Positions 8,790 to 17,109 of a DNA stretch of 32,000 nucleotides are shown here, in pieces. The notes beneath the pieces are model-generated. The model saw nothing but the letters and a program-made list of their open reading frames with translations, ran no database searches and had not been told where the DNA came from. The DNA lies in contig CP178758.1 of NCBI GenBank assembly GCA_047651235.1, forward strand, positions 930,001 to 962,000, written 5' to 3'. Position 1 is the stretch's first letter, and every line of letters starts with the position of its first letter. Both the position numbers and the translations under genes were made by a program. This DNA is from Candidatus Electrothrix yaqonensis (lineage in GTDB: Bacteria > Desulfobacterota > Desulfobulbia > Desulfobulbales > Desulfobulbaceae).

Positions 8790-8838
8790 CTGAATGGGGT
8801 TCAGGGGGTCGGAGGTTCAAATCCTCTCGTTCCGACCA
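8790..8838 (+). other. tRNA 3'-half fragment (variable-arm hairpin, T-arm, acceptor 3' strand, ACCA); putative att core
   Basis: CTGAATGGGGTTCAG hairpin. T stem-loop GGAGG-TTCAAAT-CCTCT. Then CGTTCCG-A-CCA. No complementary 5' acceptor strand (CGGAACG) or plausible anticodon arm lies within 100 nt upstream. Confidence 0.6.
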
Positions 8839-8846
8839 GCAATTTG

Positions 8847-8887
8847 AAGGAGTTAGGCGGAAACGTTTAACTCCTTTTTTGTTTTTT
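8847..8887 (+). terminator. rho-independent terminator after the tRNA fragment
   Basis: 9-bp perfect stem AAGGAGTTA (8847-8855) / TAACTCCTT (8868-8876), followed by TTTTGTTTTTT. Confidence 0.7.
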
Positions 8888-9165
8888 GCAACAAATTTCT
8901 CATCGATTGGTCAATAAAATTCCATTACTTTTATTGCGAAGCCTTGGGGTTAATACCCCGCCGCTTGCGGCGAAAAAAACGGATTAGACTTAAACGGCAT
9001 GGGGAAACTGATCCGTAAAAGTCATAACGTATCGCTGCTGATGTATCGGCCTGCGGGCAGTTCGGCCGAGCTTGACAATCCGGATACACCTGATCATGGA
9101 GACGATCGGGTATTTGGAAAGAATATAGTATCCGTCATCTGCCCCGGCAGAATGACAGGGCGGGG

Positions 9166-9179
9166 CAGAAAGGTTCCGC
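9166..9179 (+). repeat. second copy of the 14-bp CAGAAAGGTTCCGC (first copy at 8647-8660)
   Basis: Exact 14-bp direct repeat read in the sequence. The two copies bracket the tRNA fragment. Confidence 0.8.
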
Positions 9180-9248
9180 CTTTTTTATTTTGCCCGGATT
9201 GGTCGCAGAAATATAGATGCAGAAAGCTGGAGAGGGAAAACAAGAAAA

Positions 9249-9322
9249 TGGCTGGGGGACAGGGATTCGAACCCCGATAAGCGGAGTCAGAGTCCGCTGT
9301 CTTGCCATTAGACCATCCCCCA
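9249..9322 (-). tRNA. tRNA-Gln (anticodon CUG), CCA encoded
   Basis: The reverse complement folds as acceptor TGGGGGA/TCCCCCA, anticodon stem GCGGA/TCCGC with loop CTCTGAC, T-loop TTCGAAT, discriminator G, then CCA. Length 74 nt. Confidence 0.9.
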
Positions 9323-9369
9323 GCAGGATTGAAAGGCTGGCACCAAAATAAAGAAAAACAGTGCCTCTG

Positions 9370-10320
9370 TCAAGAGGATTTTTCGGGCTTGCTGTCATTC
9401 TTCTTTACAGCCTGAGGATGCGCCCTGTCGTAGACTCTGGTCAGATGCTCCAGGTCAAGATGGGTGTATTTCTGAGTGGTCGATAGGCTTACATGGCCCA
9501 GCAGCTCCTGGACCATCCGCAGATCCATGCCCATTTCCAGAAGATGGGTGGCAAAGGAATGGCGGAGGGCATGCGGGGTCACCCGTACAGAGATTCCGGC
9601 CCGCAGTCCGTATCCGGCAACCATCCGCTCCACGCTGCGGACAGTGAGCCGGGTTCCCCGGTTGTTCAGGAACAGGGCGTCCCGTTCCGGTTCATGCCCA
9701 CGGGTAATGCGGTCGGCAATAAGCTGACTGCGCTGCTGGAACCAGTTCTGCAGCGCCTCTGTCGCTGCGCTGCCGAACGGCACCAGCCGCTCCTTATCTC
9801 CTTTTCCTTTTACTTTGATCAGCCCTGTTTCCAGGTCCGCATCACCTATGTCCGTTGCCACTGTTTCGGAAACCCGCATCCCGGTAGCGTAGATCAGCTC
9901 CATCACAGCCCGGTCGCGTAAAAAAAAACGGTCTTTCTTTTTCGGCTCCTCCAGCAGACTGAAGACCTCATCTACGGTAAGATAAATCGGAATATGACGC
10001 CCTTGTTTGGGACCGGCCACCCCGGACAGCGGATCAGACCCAAGATGGCCCTGCCGGATGCAGAACCGGAAAAAGGAGCGCAGGGCCGACATCTTTCTGG
10101 CCACCGAAGAACTGGAATTGGTCAGAAAAAGCGAGGCAAGATACTGCTGCACATGGTCCCGGCTGATATCAGCTGTTGCTGTTGCATCACCGATACATTG
10201 AAAAAACTCTCTGACGTCCCGGCAGTAGCACTCAACCGTGTGCCGTGAGTAGCCGCGCTCGATCTGCAGCCAATCGACAAAGGCGGGCACATGAAGAGGC
10301 AAATGAGAAGTATTCATCAA
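9370..10320 (-). CDS. XerC/XerD-type site-specific tyrosine recombinase
   Basis: Core-binding N-terminus (ERGYSRHTVECYCRDV), plus ATGMRVSE, HALRHSFATHLL and LGHVSLSTTQKYTH. Confidence 0.85.
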   Translation of the reverse strand: MMNTSHLPLHVPAFVDWLQIERGYSRHTVECYCRDVREFFQCIGDATATADISRDHVQQYLASLFLTNSSSSVARKMSALRSFFRFCIRQGHLGSDPLSGVAGPKQGRHIPIYLTVDEVFSLLEEPKKKDRFFLRDRAVMELIYATGMRVSETVATDIGDADLETGLIKVKGKGDKERLVPFGSAATEALQNWFQQRSQLIADRITRGHEPERDALFLNNRGTRLTVRSVERMVAGYGLRAGISVRVTPHALRHSFATHLLEMGMDLRMVQELLGHVSLSTTQKYTHLDLEHLTRVYDRAHPQAVKKNDSKPEKSS

Positions 10321-10467
10321 TCAGGTGTTGAAAGCATATGGTATAAGGTTTAGAATAAAACTTTTTCCAAACGGGAATGAGATAAAATGAGATAATCAGA
10401 CAGCCATTGTACTCCCGAAGGAAAACGATGCCAACCGGGAAAGTTTCCTGCAGCCGCACCAGCACTC

Positions 10468-10767
10468 ATGGCCAGAAAAAAAACATTTGAACATGCCCTG
10501 ACCAGACTGGATCAGATTACCACAGAACTCGAACAGGGAGAACTGGGCCTGGACAAAAGCCTGAAGAAATTCGAGGAAGGGGTTCAGCTGGTTCAGTTCT
10601 GCAGCGAAAAGTTGGAAGAAGCCCGCAGTCAGGTGGATCTGCTGCTGAAAAAAAACGACCGACTGACTGCTGTGCCTTTCAGTGAACCTGCTGCTGAATT
10701 TCCTGAAACTGAAGCGGAAGATACACCGGGACCGGAAAAAACGCCTGCCGGAGATACTGCCGACTGA
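10468..10767 (+). CDS. xseB: exodeoxyribonuclease VII small subunit
   Basis: FEHALTRLDQITTELEQGELGLDKSLKKFEEGVQLVQFCSEKLEEA is the XseB pattern. Confidence 0.85.
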   Translation: MARKKTFEHALTRLDQITTELEQGELGLDKSLKKFEEGVQLVQFCSEKLEEARSQVDLLLKKNDRLTAVPFSEPAAEFPETEAEDTPGPEKTPAGDTAD

Positions 10768-10840
10768 CCGGCCTTTTTGCTGTGCCGCCTTTGCTGCAAC
10801 CCACTGAAGTCCATAGTCCATAAGCCAGCCTATAAAGCCC

Positions 10841-12817
10841 ATGACAGAATACGCTCCCCTCTCTCCCTCTCCTGATTCGACGTCTTCAAAGGACGCCGGA
10901 ATGCCTCTGACAGATATGACCAATATTCCTGTCCCGGAAGCTGCCGGTCTGCTGGATACCGTAGATTCCCCAGAGGATCTGCGCGGATTCAATCTGAACG
11001 AGCTGGAACAGCTTGCCGCTGAGATACGGGAACGGATCATCACCACGGTTGCGGAAAACGGCGGACATCTTGCTCCCTGTCTCGGTGTTGTTGAACTGAC
11101 CTTGGCCCTGCATTATGTCTTTCAGACACCAAAGGATAAACTTGTCTGGGATGTGGGCCATCAATGCTATGCCCACAAACTGATCACCGGCCGCCGGGAC
11201 CGGTTTCATACGCTCCGGCAGTATCAGGGGATCAGCGGTTTCCCGAAACACTCGGAAAGCGAGTACGATGTGGTGGAGGCCGGACACAGCTCCACCTCCA
11301 TTTCCTACAGTCTGGGGATCGCTGCGGCCAAGGCGCTGCAAAAAGACGACAGCAGGGTCATCGCGGTTATCGGTGACGGCTCAATGACTGCCGGGATGGC
11401 CTTTGAAGCGTTGAATCACGCCGGAGACCTGCACAGAAACCTGATCGTCATCCTCAATGACAACGAGATGTCCATCTCGCCCAATGTCGGGGCCATGTCC
11501 AGTTTTCTGAGCAGGAAACTCACCTCCAGAACCATGCGCAACCTCAAGGGACACGTGGAGGAAGGCCTGAAGTCCATGTCTTCGGTGGGCGAAAATATCC
11601 TCAGTGTTCTACGGAAATCCGAGGAGAGTCTCAAGGCTTTCTTTACTCCGGGTATGCTCTTTGAGGCCCTGAAGTTCAAGTATATCGGCCCGATTCCAGG
11701 ACATGATATAGAAGGTCTGATCGATACCCTGAAAAATGTCCGCGAGACTCCGGGCCCGGTCCTGATCCATGTCCTGACCACTAAGGGCAAAGGCTATGCC
11801 CCGGCGGAAAAAAGTCCAGGTGATTATCACGGGCTGGGGCCGTTTTCCGTTGCCACGGGCAAGCCTATGCCCTCATCCGGCCCGGCTTCCTATACTGCAG
11901 TGTTCGGCCGCACCCTCTGTTCTCTGGCGGAAAAGGATCAACGGGTGACAGCTATCACTGCGGCCATGCCTGCTGGCACCGGCCTGACCGAATTCAGTCA
12001 GAAATTCCCGGATCGTTTTTTTGATGTGGGCATTGCTGAGCAGCATGCTGTCACCTTTGCCGCCGGACTTGCTCTGGACGGCCTGCGCCCGGTGGTGGCG
12101 GTCTATTCCAGTTTTATGCAGCGCTCTATGGATCAGGTGATCCATGACGTCTGTCTGCCTGATCTGCCGGTCACCTTTGCCATGGACCGGGCCGGAGTGG
12201 TCGGTGATGACGGCCCGACCCATCACGGGGTCTTTGATTTCTCCTTTCTCCGCTTTATCCCCAATCTGACGGTCATGGCGCCCAAGGATGAAAATGAGCT
12301 GCGCCACATGCTCTATACGGCTGTCAACAACGACGGGCCCTGTTCCATCAGGTATCCACGCGGCAGCGGGGAAGACGCCGCACTTGATCAGGAATTGCAG
12401 ATTCTGCCGGTCGGCAGAGGGGAACTGTTGCGCGAAGGGGACGACGTGCTCCTGCTTCCTGTGGGCAACAGGGTGTATTCTGCCCTGGAAGCTGCTGATG
12501 GACTGGCCAGGCTCGGTATTGATGCTGCTGTGATTAATCCCCGTTTTGTCAGGCCGCTGGACAACGAGCTGATTGCCTGCTGGGCGGAAAAATGCGGTCG
12601 GGTTCTGACGGTGGAGGATCATGTGAAAAAAGGAGGATTCGGCAGCGCTGTCCTGCAGATGCTGCATGAGCTGCACCTGCTTGTTCCTGTCCGCACTCTG
12701 GGCTACGGCAATCAGTTCATTGAACAGGCCCCGCAGAGTATTCTGTGGAAAAATGCCGGAATTGATGCCGCCGGAATCATCAAAGGGGGGCTGGAGGTCA
12801 TGAAGCAGGAGCGCTGA
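10841..12817 (+). CDS. dxs: 1-deoxy-D-xylulose-5-phosphate synthase
   Basis: [51 protein letters not shown] and DGPTHHG motifs. The start may be an internal Met (aa 21 or 26). Confidence 0.9.
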   Translation: MTEYAPLSPSPDSTSSKDAGMPLTDMTNIPVPEAAGLLDTVDSPEDLRGFNLNELEQLAAEIRERIITTVAENGGHLAPCLGVVELTLALHYVFQTPKDKLVWDVGHQCYAHKLITGRRDRFHTLRQYQGISGFPKHSESEYDVVEAGHSSTSISYSLGIAAAKALQKDDSRVIAVIGDGSMTAGMAFEALNHAGDLHRNLIVILNDNEMSISPNVGAMSSFLSRKLTSRTMRNLKGHVEEGLKSMSSVGENILSVLRKSEESLKAFFTPGMLFEALKFKYIGPIPGHDIEGLIDTLKNVRETPGPVLIHVLTTKGKGYAPAEKSPGDYHGLGPFSVATGKPMPSSGPASYTAVFGRTLCSLAEKDQRVTAITAAMPAGTGLTEFSQKFPDRFFDVGIAEQHAVTFAAGLALDGLRPVVAVYSSFMQRSMDQVIHDVCLPDLPVTFAMDRAGVVGDDGPTHHGVFDFSFLRFIPNLTVMAPKDENELRHMLYTAVNNDGPCSIRYPRGSGEDAALDQELQILPVGRGELLREGDDVLLLPVGNRVYSALEAADGLARLGIDAAVINPRFVRPLDNELIACWAEKCGRVLTVEDHVKKGGFGSAVLQMLHELHLLVPVRTLGYGNQFIEQAPQSILWKNAGIDAAGIIKGGLEVMKQER

Positions 12818-12837
12818 TCCCCGGTTCCATCAACCGA

Positions 12838-12863
12838 GGCCCGATGCTGCAATCAATCGGGCC
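12838..12863. terminator. GC hairpin between convergent dxs and the FISUMP gene (no clear U-run)
   Basis: GGCCCGAT (12838-12845) pairs with ATCGGGCC (12856-12863). Confidence 0.35.
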
Positions 12864-12867
12864 GGGT

Positions 12868-13803
12868 TCATTGATCCTTTATGCACCGCACACCCATTCC
12901 GGTTGCCCTGGAATCAGACCTGATCTGCGCACCATCCCATTTGTTAAAATACATATATTCAGCATATTGCGGAGATTCAGGTGAAATAGTGCTTGACCAG
13001 TAGTATCCTTCTGTTCCGGGTTCCGCACACATGACCGCAGTAACAAAGCCTGAACAGCGGCTGCCGGTAGCTGTCAGCTTCAGCGGCGAATTGAACAGCG
13101 CCTTCATAGATGCGCCATACGCCTTGATCTCCGCCTGCCACTCCTTGCTGGTGGGCAGCCGGAATCCCGCCGGACAGGGATTATTCGTGCCGTCTACTCC
13201 CTGCCAGAGCGCATCATTCCGTTTTGTCAGCCAATCCTGCGGCTGAACATACGCATAGATAAAAAAGCTGTGATCGGGCACTGCAGAAGAACTCAACGTT
13301 GAAAGAATTTTACTGTTACGTTGCTCATGTCCGTCAGTTCCCCGTCCCCACTGGTACAGAGCGCCATAGGCAGCCCGGTCATCCAGTGCCGTGGCCACCT
13401 GCGTTGCTCCAAGATTGCGGTCCATCCAGACCCGGCCGGTGTCTGATGTAACCGTAGGAACCGTCTCACCCTTCTGTTCTGCAGAGGATGCGGAGCCGGT
13501 CAGAGAGACCCAGGCTGTACCGGTACACCCCTCGAAGTCCTCGCCTGTCCAGCGTACCGTGCCGGCTTTTGCCGAGTCGCAGGCAGCCGAGTCGTTGCCC
13601 ATCTTTATCCCGCCATCCACATGCAGCATCGCATCGGGGGCGGCGGCATTGCGGCCTATGCCGACAGCAGCAGGTGTGGTCACTTTATCCGTTCCGCCCG
13701 TCCAGGAACTCTTCTTCGCCGCCTCAGATGCCCCGGTCAGTATCAGCAGAGCAAGACCGGCAACCGTCGGTATATATTTTTTTTGACTCCTGCAGGGTTT
13801 CAT
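12868..13803 (-). CDS. secreted FISUMP (Fibrobacter succinogenes major paralogous, TIGR02145-like) domain protein
   Basis: N-terminal signal peptide (VAGLALLILTGASEA). Also WMDRNLGA, GALYQWG, CPAGFRLPTSKEW, YYWSST and GMGVRCIKD. Confidence 0.75.
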   Translation of the reverse strand: MKPCRSQKKYIPTVAGLALLILTGASEAAKKSSWTGGTDKVTTPAAVGIGRNAAAPDAMLHVDGGIKMGNDSAACDSAKAGTVRWTGEDFEGCTGTAWVSLTGSASSAEQKGETVPTVTSDTGRVWMDRNLGATQVATALDDRAAYGALYQWGRGTDGHEQRNSKILSTLSSSAVPDHSFFIYAYVQPQDWLTKRNDALWQGVDGTNNPCPAGFRLPTSKEWQAEIKAYGASMKALFNSPLKLTATGSRCSGFVTAVMCAEPGTEGYYWSSTISPESPQYAEYMYFNKWDGAQIRSDSRATGMGVRCIKDQ

Positions 13804-13864
13804 AATGGCGGCGCTCCGGGTTAATTGATTGATATATCAAATTTCTGTCTGTACCTCACTTGCC

Positions 13865-15046
13865 TCACTTTTTTGCTTTTGCAACAGCCCGCTTGAATCC
13901 GTCCGCAGATTTGGTAATGACTTCATCATCCACACAAAAGGCCAACCGGATATGGCCGGGCGTACCAAAGCCCTGACCGGGAACGGCAAGAATCTTTTCC
14001 TCCTGCAGTAGCCTGCAGAATTCCACATCATCAATGGGCGTTTTCGGAAACAGATAAAAGGCTCCTTTGGGACGGACATACGCAAGCCCCGCCTCGTCCA
14101 GAATGCTGCAGAAGAGTTCCTGCCGCCGTTCATAGACAGAGACATCCACGCGTTCGTCCTGCAATTCCGTCACTGCCCGTTGCATCAGGGCCGGGGCATT
14201 GACAAAACCGAGAATGCGGTTGGCCAAGGTCATGGCATCAAGCAGGTGTTCTTTTTCGTGCATCTCCGGGTGAACAGCAATATATCCGATCCGCTCACCG
14301 GGGAGAGAAAGATCCTTGGAAAATGAGGAGACCACAATGGAGTTGGTGGTCGTCGCCATGATGGAAGGTGCCCTTGCCCCGTCAAAGACAATATTACGGT
14401 ACGGCTCATCAGAGATCAGATAGATGGTGGTGCAGAATTTTTCGCCTGCGCTGTCCAGCAGCTGACCCAGTTCGGTCAACGATTCGCTGCTGTACATCTG
14501 GCCGGAGGGGTTGTTGGGACTGTTGATCAGCACGGCCCTGGTCCGGTCGGTCAGGGCTGCTTCAATGGCTTCGAGGTCCGGATTGAATTCCGCGTCTGTG
14601 GACACTACTTTAGTCACCCCACCGTGGTTGTCCACATAAAAATTGTATTCCACAAAAAAAGGGCTGAGAATAATCACCTCGTCACCGGGATCAAGCAGGG
14701 ATTTCATGATCACGTTCAGGCCTCCGGCAGCTCCGCAGGTCATGATGACATCACCTGTGCCGATGTCTGCGTCCTGTTCGCCGGACAAGCGGGCCGCCAC
14801 CGCCTCCCGGACATAGGGATAACCGCCGTTGGGCATGTAGGCATGAACTCCCGGTGTGTCGCATTCGGCCAGTTCCGTCAGTACCTGAAAAAATTTTTCC
14901 GGTGGCGGCACATCCGGATTGCCGAGGCTGAAATCAAAGACATTTTCCGCGCCGAATTCTGCCTTCATGGCCGCGCCCTGCTCAAACATCCTGCGGATCC
15001 AGGAAGAATTTTCGGCAAAGTCCTGCATTTTTTTTGCTACAGTCAT
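13865..15046 (-). CDS. class I/II PLP-dependent aminotransferase (AspC/AlaA-like)
   Basis: SFSKDLSLPGERIGY and NPSG motifs. I prefer ATG 15046 (GAGGAAATAATG) over the track start at 15202. Confidence 0.85.
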   Translation of the reverse strand: MTVAKKMQDFAENSSWIRRMFEQGAAMKAEFGAENVFDFSLGNPDVPPPEKFFQVLTELAECDTPGVHAYMPNGGYPYVREAVAARLSGEQDADIGTGDVIMTCGAAGGLNVIMKSLLDPGDEVIILSPFFVEYNFYVDNHGGVTKVVSTDAEFNPDLEAIEAALTDRTRAVLINSPNNPSGQMYSSESLTELGQLLDSAGEKFCTTIYLISDEPYRNIVFDGARAPSIMATTTNSIVVSSFSKDLSLPGERIGYIAVHPEMHEKEHLLDAMTLANRILGFVNAPALMQRAVTELQDERVDVSVYERRQELFCSILDEAGLAYVRPKGAFYLFPKTPIDDVEFCRLLQEEKILAVPGQGFGTPGHIRLAFCVDDEVITKSADGFKRAVAKAKK

Positions 15047-15469
15047 TATTTCCTCTTCTGTTGCGTCATGGCGAATATCCGGAGCTGCCCGCCCCCGTAT
15101 GTTGCGGCCCGGCAGCATATAGTTGAAAGCTGATCTTATGCGCTCTGCAGAGAAAAAGCAACTGCCTGCTGCTCTTTCTTTCCGGAAGTAGGGGCACGGC
15201 ATGCCATGCCCCTACTGGATACAAAAGGTAAGTACATGGACAGGACAACAGGAGGAAAATATGGCTGAATCTGCAGAACCCGGTACTTTCTTCCGAACCT
15301 TATAACCATCCGGCAAGGCTTTGCGTCTTGCTCTGTTTCGTTCTTTCTGGTATGACTGAATATGTATGCTTGGAGAATACCGGCCTGGCCGGGCACCCGG
15401 AGCTGCAGCCGGATGATATATGCACCACCTACATTGCTGAAAGACTGCCGAAAGTAACCTTTATCCTCC

Positions 15470-16315
15470 ATGAAAAGAATACCACCATTACCAGAAATCC
15501 CGCCTTCCTGCGCCCTGATTGACTCCCATTGTCATCTTGATATGGAAGATTATCAGGATGATTGTAATGAAATAATCAGTTCGGCCGCCTGCTGCGGAGT
15601 CCGGCAGATTGTCACCATCGGCATTGATCTCGCCAGTTCCCGCCGGGCTGTCGAGCTGGCTGCGTCGTATCCCGATGTGTATGCTTCTGTAGGTATTCAT
15701 CCGCACAACGCGGGCGAGGCCGACCGGGACGTATACGAGCAGCTGCGCGAACTGTCCGCATCGCCCAAGGTCGTGGCTTACGGAGAAATCGGTCTGGATT
15801 ATGCCAAAAAATACGCACCAATGGACATTCAGCAGCGGGCCTTTGCAGAACAGCTTGAGCTTGCCAAAGAGCTTAACCTGCCGATCATCATTCATGACCG
15901 GGAAGCGCATGAAGATACGCTGGAAATGATCAGGCAGAAGGGGCCGTTTCCGGCAGGCGGGGTGATGCACTGCTTTTCCGGGGATACGGCATTGGCCAGC
16001 CAACTCCTTGATGCAGGGCTGTATATTTCCATACCCGGCATTGTCACCTTTAAGAATGCAGCGGAAATGCAGCAGGTGGTCCGGGAAACACCTCTGGACC
16101 GGATGCTTCTGGAAACAGACGGGCCTTTTCTGGCGCCGGTTCCGTATCGGGGCAAACGCAACCTGCCGGAGTACCTGCTGTACACGGCTGCTGCCGTTGC
16201 TGAGCTGAAGGGGATTCCCCTTGAAGAGGTGGCCCGACAGACCACAGCGAACACGAGGGCGTTGTGCTCTCTGCCTGATGACGGGATTAACGGGACTAAC
16301 GGGATCAGGCAATGA
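15470..16315 (+). CDS. tatD: TatD-family metal-dependent hydrolase
   Basis: DSHCHLD, GEIGLDY, IIHDREAHED and ETDGPFLAP. Confidence 0.85.
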   Translation: MKRIPPLPEIPPSCALIDSHCHLDMEDYQDDCNEIISSAACCGVRQIVTIGIDLASSRRAVELAASYPDVYASVGIHPHNAGEADRDVYEQLRELSASPKVVAYGEIGLDYAKKYAPMDIQQRAFAEQLELAKELNLPIIIHDREAHEDTLEMIRQKGPFPAGGVMHCFSGDTALASQLLDAGLYISIPGIVTFKNAAEMQQVVRETPLDRMLLETDGPFLAPVPYRGKRNLPEYLLYTAAAVAELKGIPLEEVARQTTANTRALCSLPDDGINGTNGIRQ

Positions 16316-17001
16316 TCTGCAGCAACGTGGAGCATATCCGGGCAGTTATTCGGGAAACAGCCCTGCGCTGCGGTAGAGGTCCGCAGGATATCGAACTGGT
16401 GGCTGTGTCCAAGCGGATGCCTGCGGATGCCGTGGACGCAGCATATCAATGCGGTCAGACTGTTTTCGGGGAAAATTATCTCCAGGATGCTGAGGAAAAA
16501 ATCAGGCAGTGTGATCCGTCAGTCCGCTGGCATTTTATCGGGCATCTGCAGAGCAATAAGGCCAGGACAGCAGCAGAACTGTTTCAGATGGTTGAAACCG
16601 TGGATCGGCTGAAAATCGCCAGGGCCCTGGATAAATATGCAGGCCGTTGCTCCAGAAAACTGGATGTGCTTGTCCAGGTAAATGTGGGCAGGGAGCCGCA
16701 GAAATCCGGGGTGCTGCCTGAAAAGGCGAGAACGCTACTCCGGGAAATGCAGGCCCTGCCCAATCTCAGAGTACGGGGACTGATGACCATGCCGCCTTAC
16801 GGGCGTGCGCCCGATGCCAGTCGTCCCTGGTTCCGGGCTTTGAGGATATTGTCCGAAGAGCTTGCCAGGGACAATCTTTTTTACGCCAAGGAGAAGGTTG
16901 CCCTGTCTATGGGGATGTCCGGTGATTTTACGGTGGCCATTGAAGAAGGGGCGACTCTGGTCCGGGTGGGCACGGCGATTTTCGGCAAAAGACCTGCCTG
17001 A
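16312..17001 (+). CDS. yggS: YggS-family PLP homeostasis protein
   Basis: LVAVSKRMP, FGENYLQD, WHFIGHLQSNK and LSMGMSGD. ATGA overlap with tatD. Confidence 0.85.
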   Translation: MICSNVEHIRAVIRETALRCGRGPQDIELVAVSKRMPADAVDAAYQCGQTVFGENYLQDAEEKIRQCDPSVRWHFIGHLQSNKARTAAELFQMVETVDRLKIARALDKYAGRCSRKLDVLVQVNVGREPQKSGVLPEKARTLLREMQALPNLRVRGLMTMPPYGRAPDASRPWFRALRILSEELARDNLFYAKEKVALSMGMSGDFTVAIEEGATLVRVGTAIFGKRPA

Positions 17002-17109
17002 ATGGCGTGTTATGTATTTCGGCCAGATTCAGGCAGTTGTGTGACGGGGAATGTCATTCTGAATCTGATCCATTGAACGAAAAAAAACTGAAAAAGGAAA
17101 AGGAAGAGC

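Larger units (their letters stand above)
2356..8838 (-). mobile_element. integrative element (genomic island); right end at a tRNA-like att fragment; left boundary undefined (IS fragment or window edge)
   Basis: P4-type integrase, AlpA, a replication module and the adjacent tRNA 3' fragment. All six genes are on the minus strand. Confidence 0.7.

Noticed and set aside
8748-8838. Complete class II tRNA or tmRNA at the island end
   Set aside because: No 5' acceptor strand complementary to CGTTCCG is present. The candidate anticodon loop (AAGAACT) lacks U33. The acceptor sequence is incompatible with the tmRNA G-U alanine identity. Only a 3' fragment is supported.
8999-9280. 93-aa ORF in the int / tRNA-Gln gap
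   Set aside because: It overlaps the tRNA-Gln gene, has no RBS, and its translation is odd.
10376-10395. Perfect tandem duplication AATGAGATAA x2 in the xerC-xseB divergent region
   Set aside because: It is real but only two units in an AT-rich promoter region. That is too little to assign a function.
10768-10840. Absence of ispA between xseB and dxs (E. coli has xseB-ispA-dxs)
   Set aside because: Gene order varies between phyla. The 73-bp gap shows no gene remnant, so this is probably just lineage-specific synteny.
15047-15202. N-terminal extensions in the ORF track: aminotransferase to 15202, pilC from 18850, rpiB to 27180, alpA to 5848, REase to 26714
   Set aside because: In each case an internal ATG with a good SD matches the conserved N-terminus of the family. 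The extensions start at weak or alternative codons or inside regulatory sequence.
15136-15471. 111-aa minus-strand ORF and 64-aa plus-strand ORF in the aminotransferase-tatD intergenic region
   Set aside because: No RBS and implausible composition. They overlap the palindrome and promoter region. I treat the region as non-coding.
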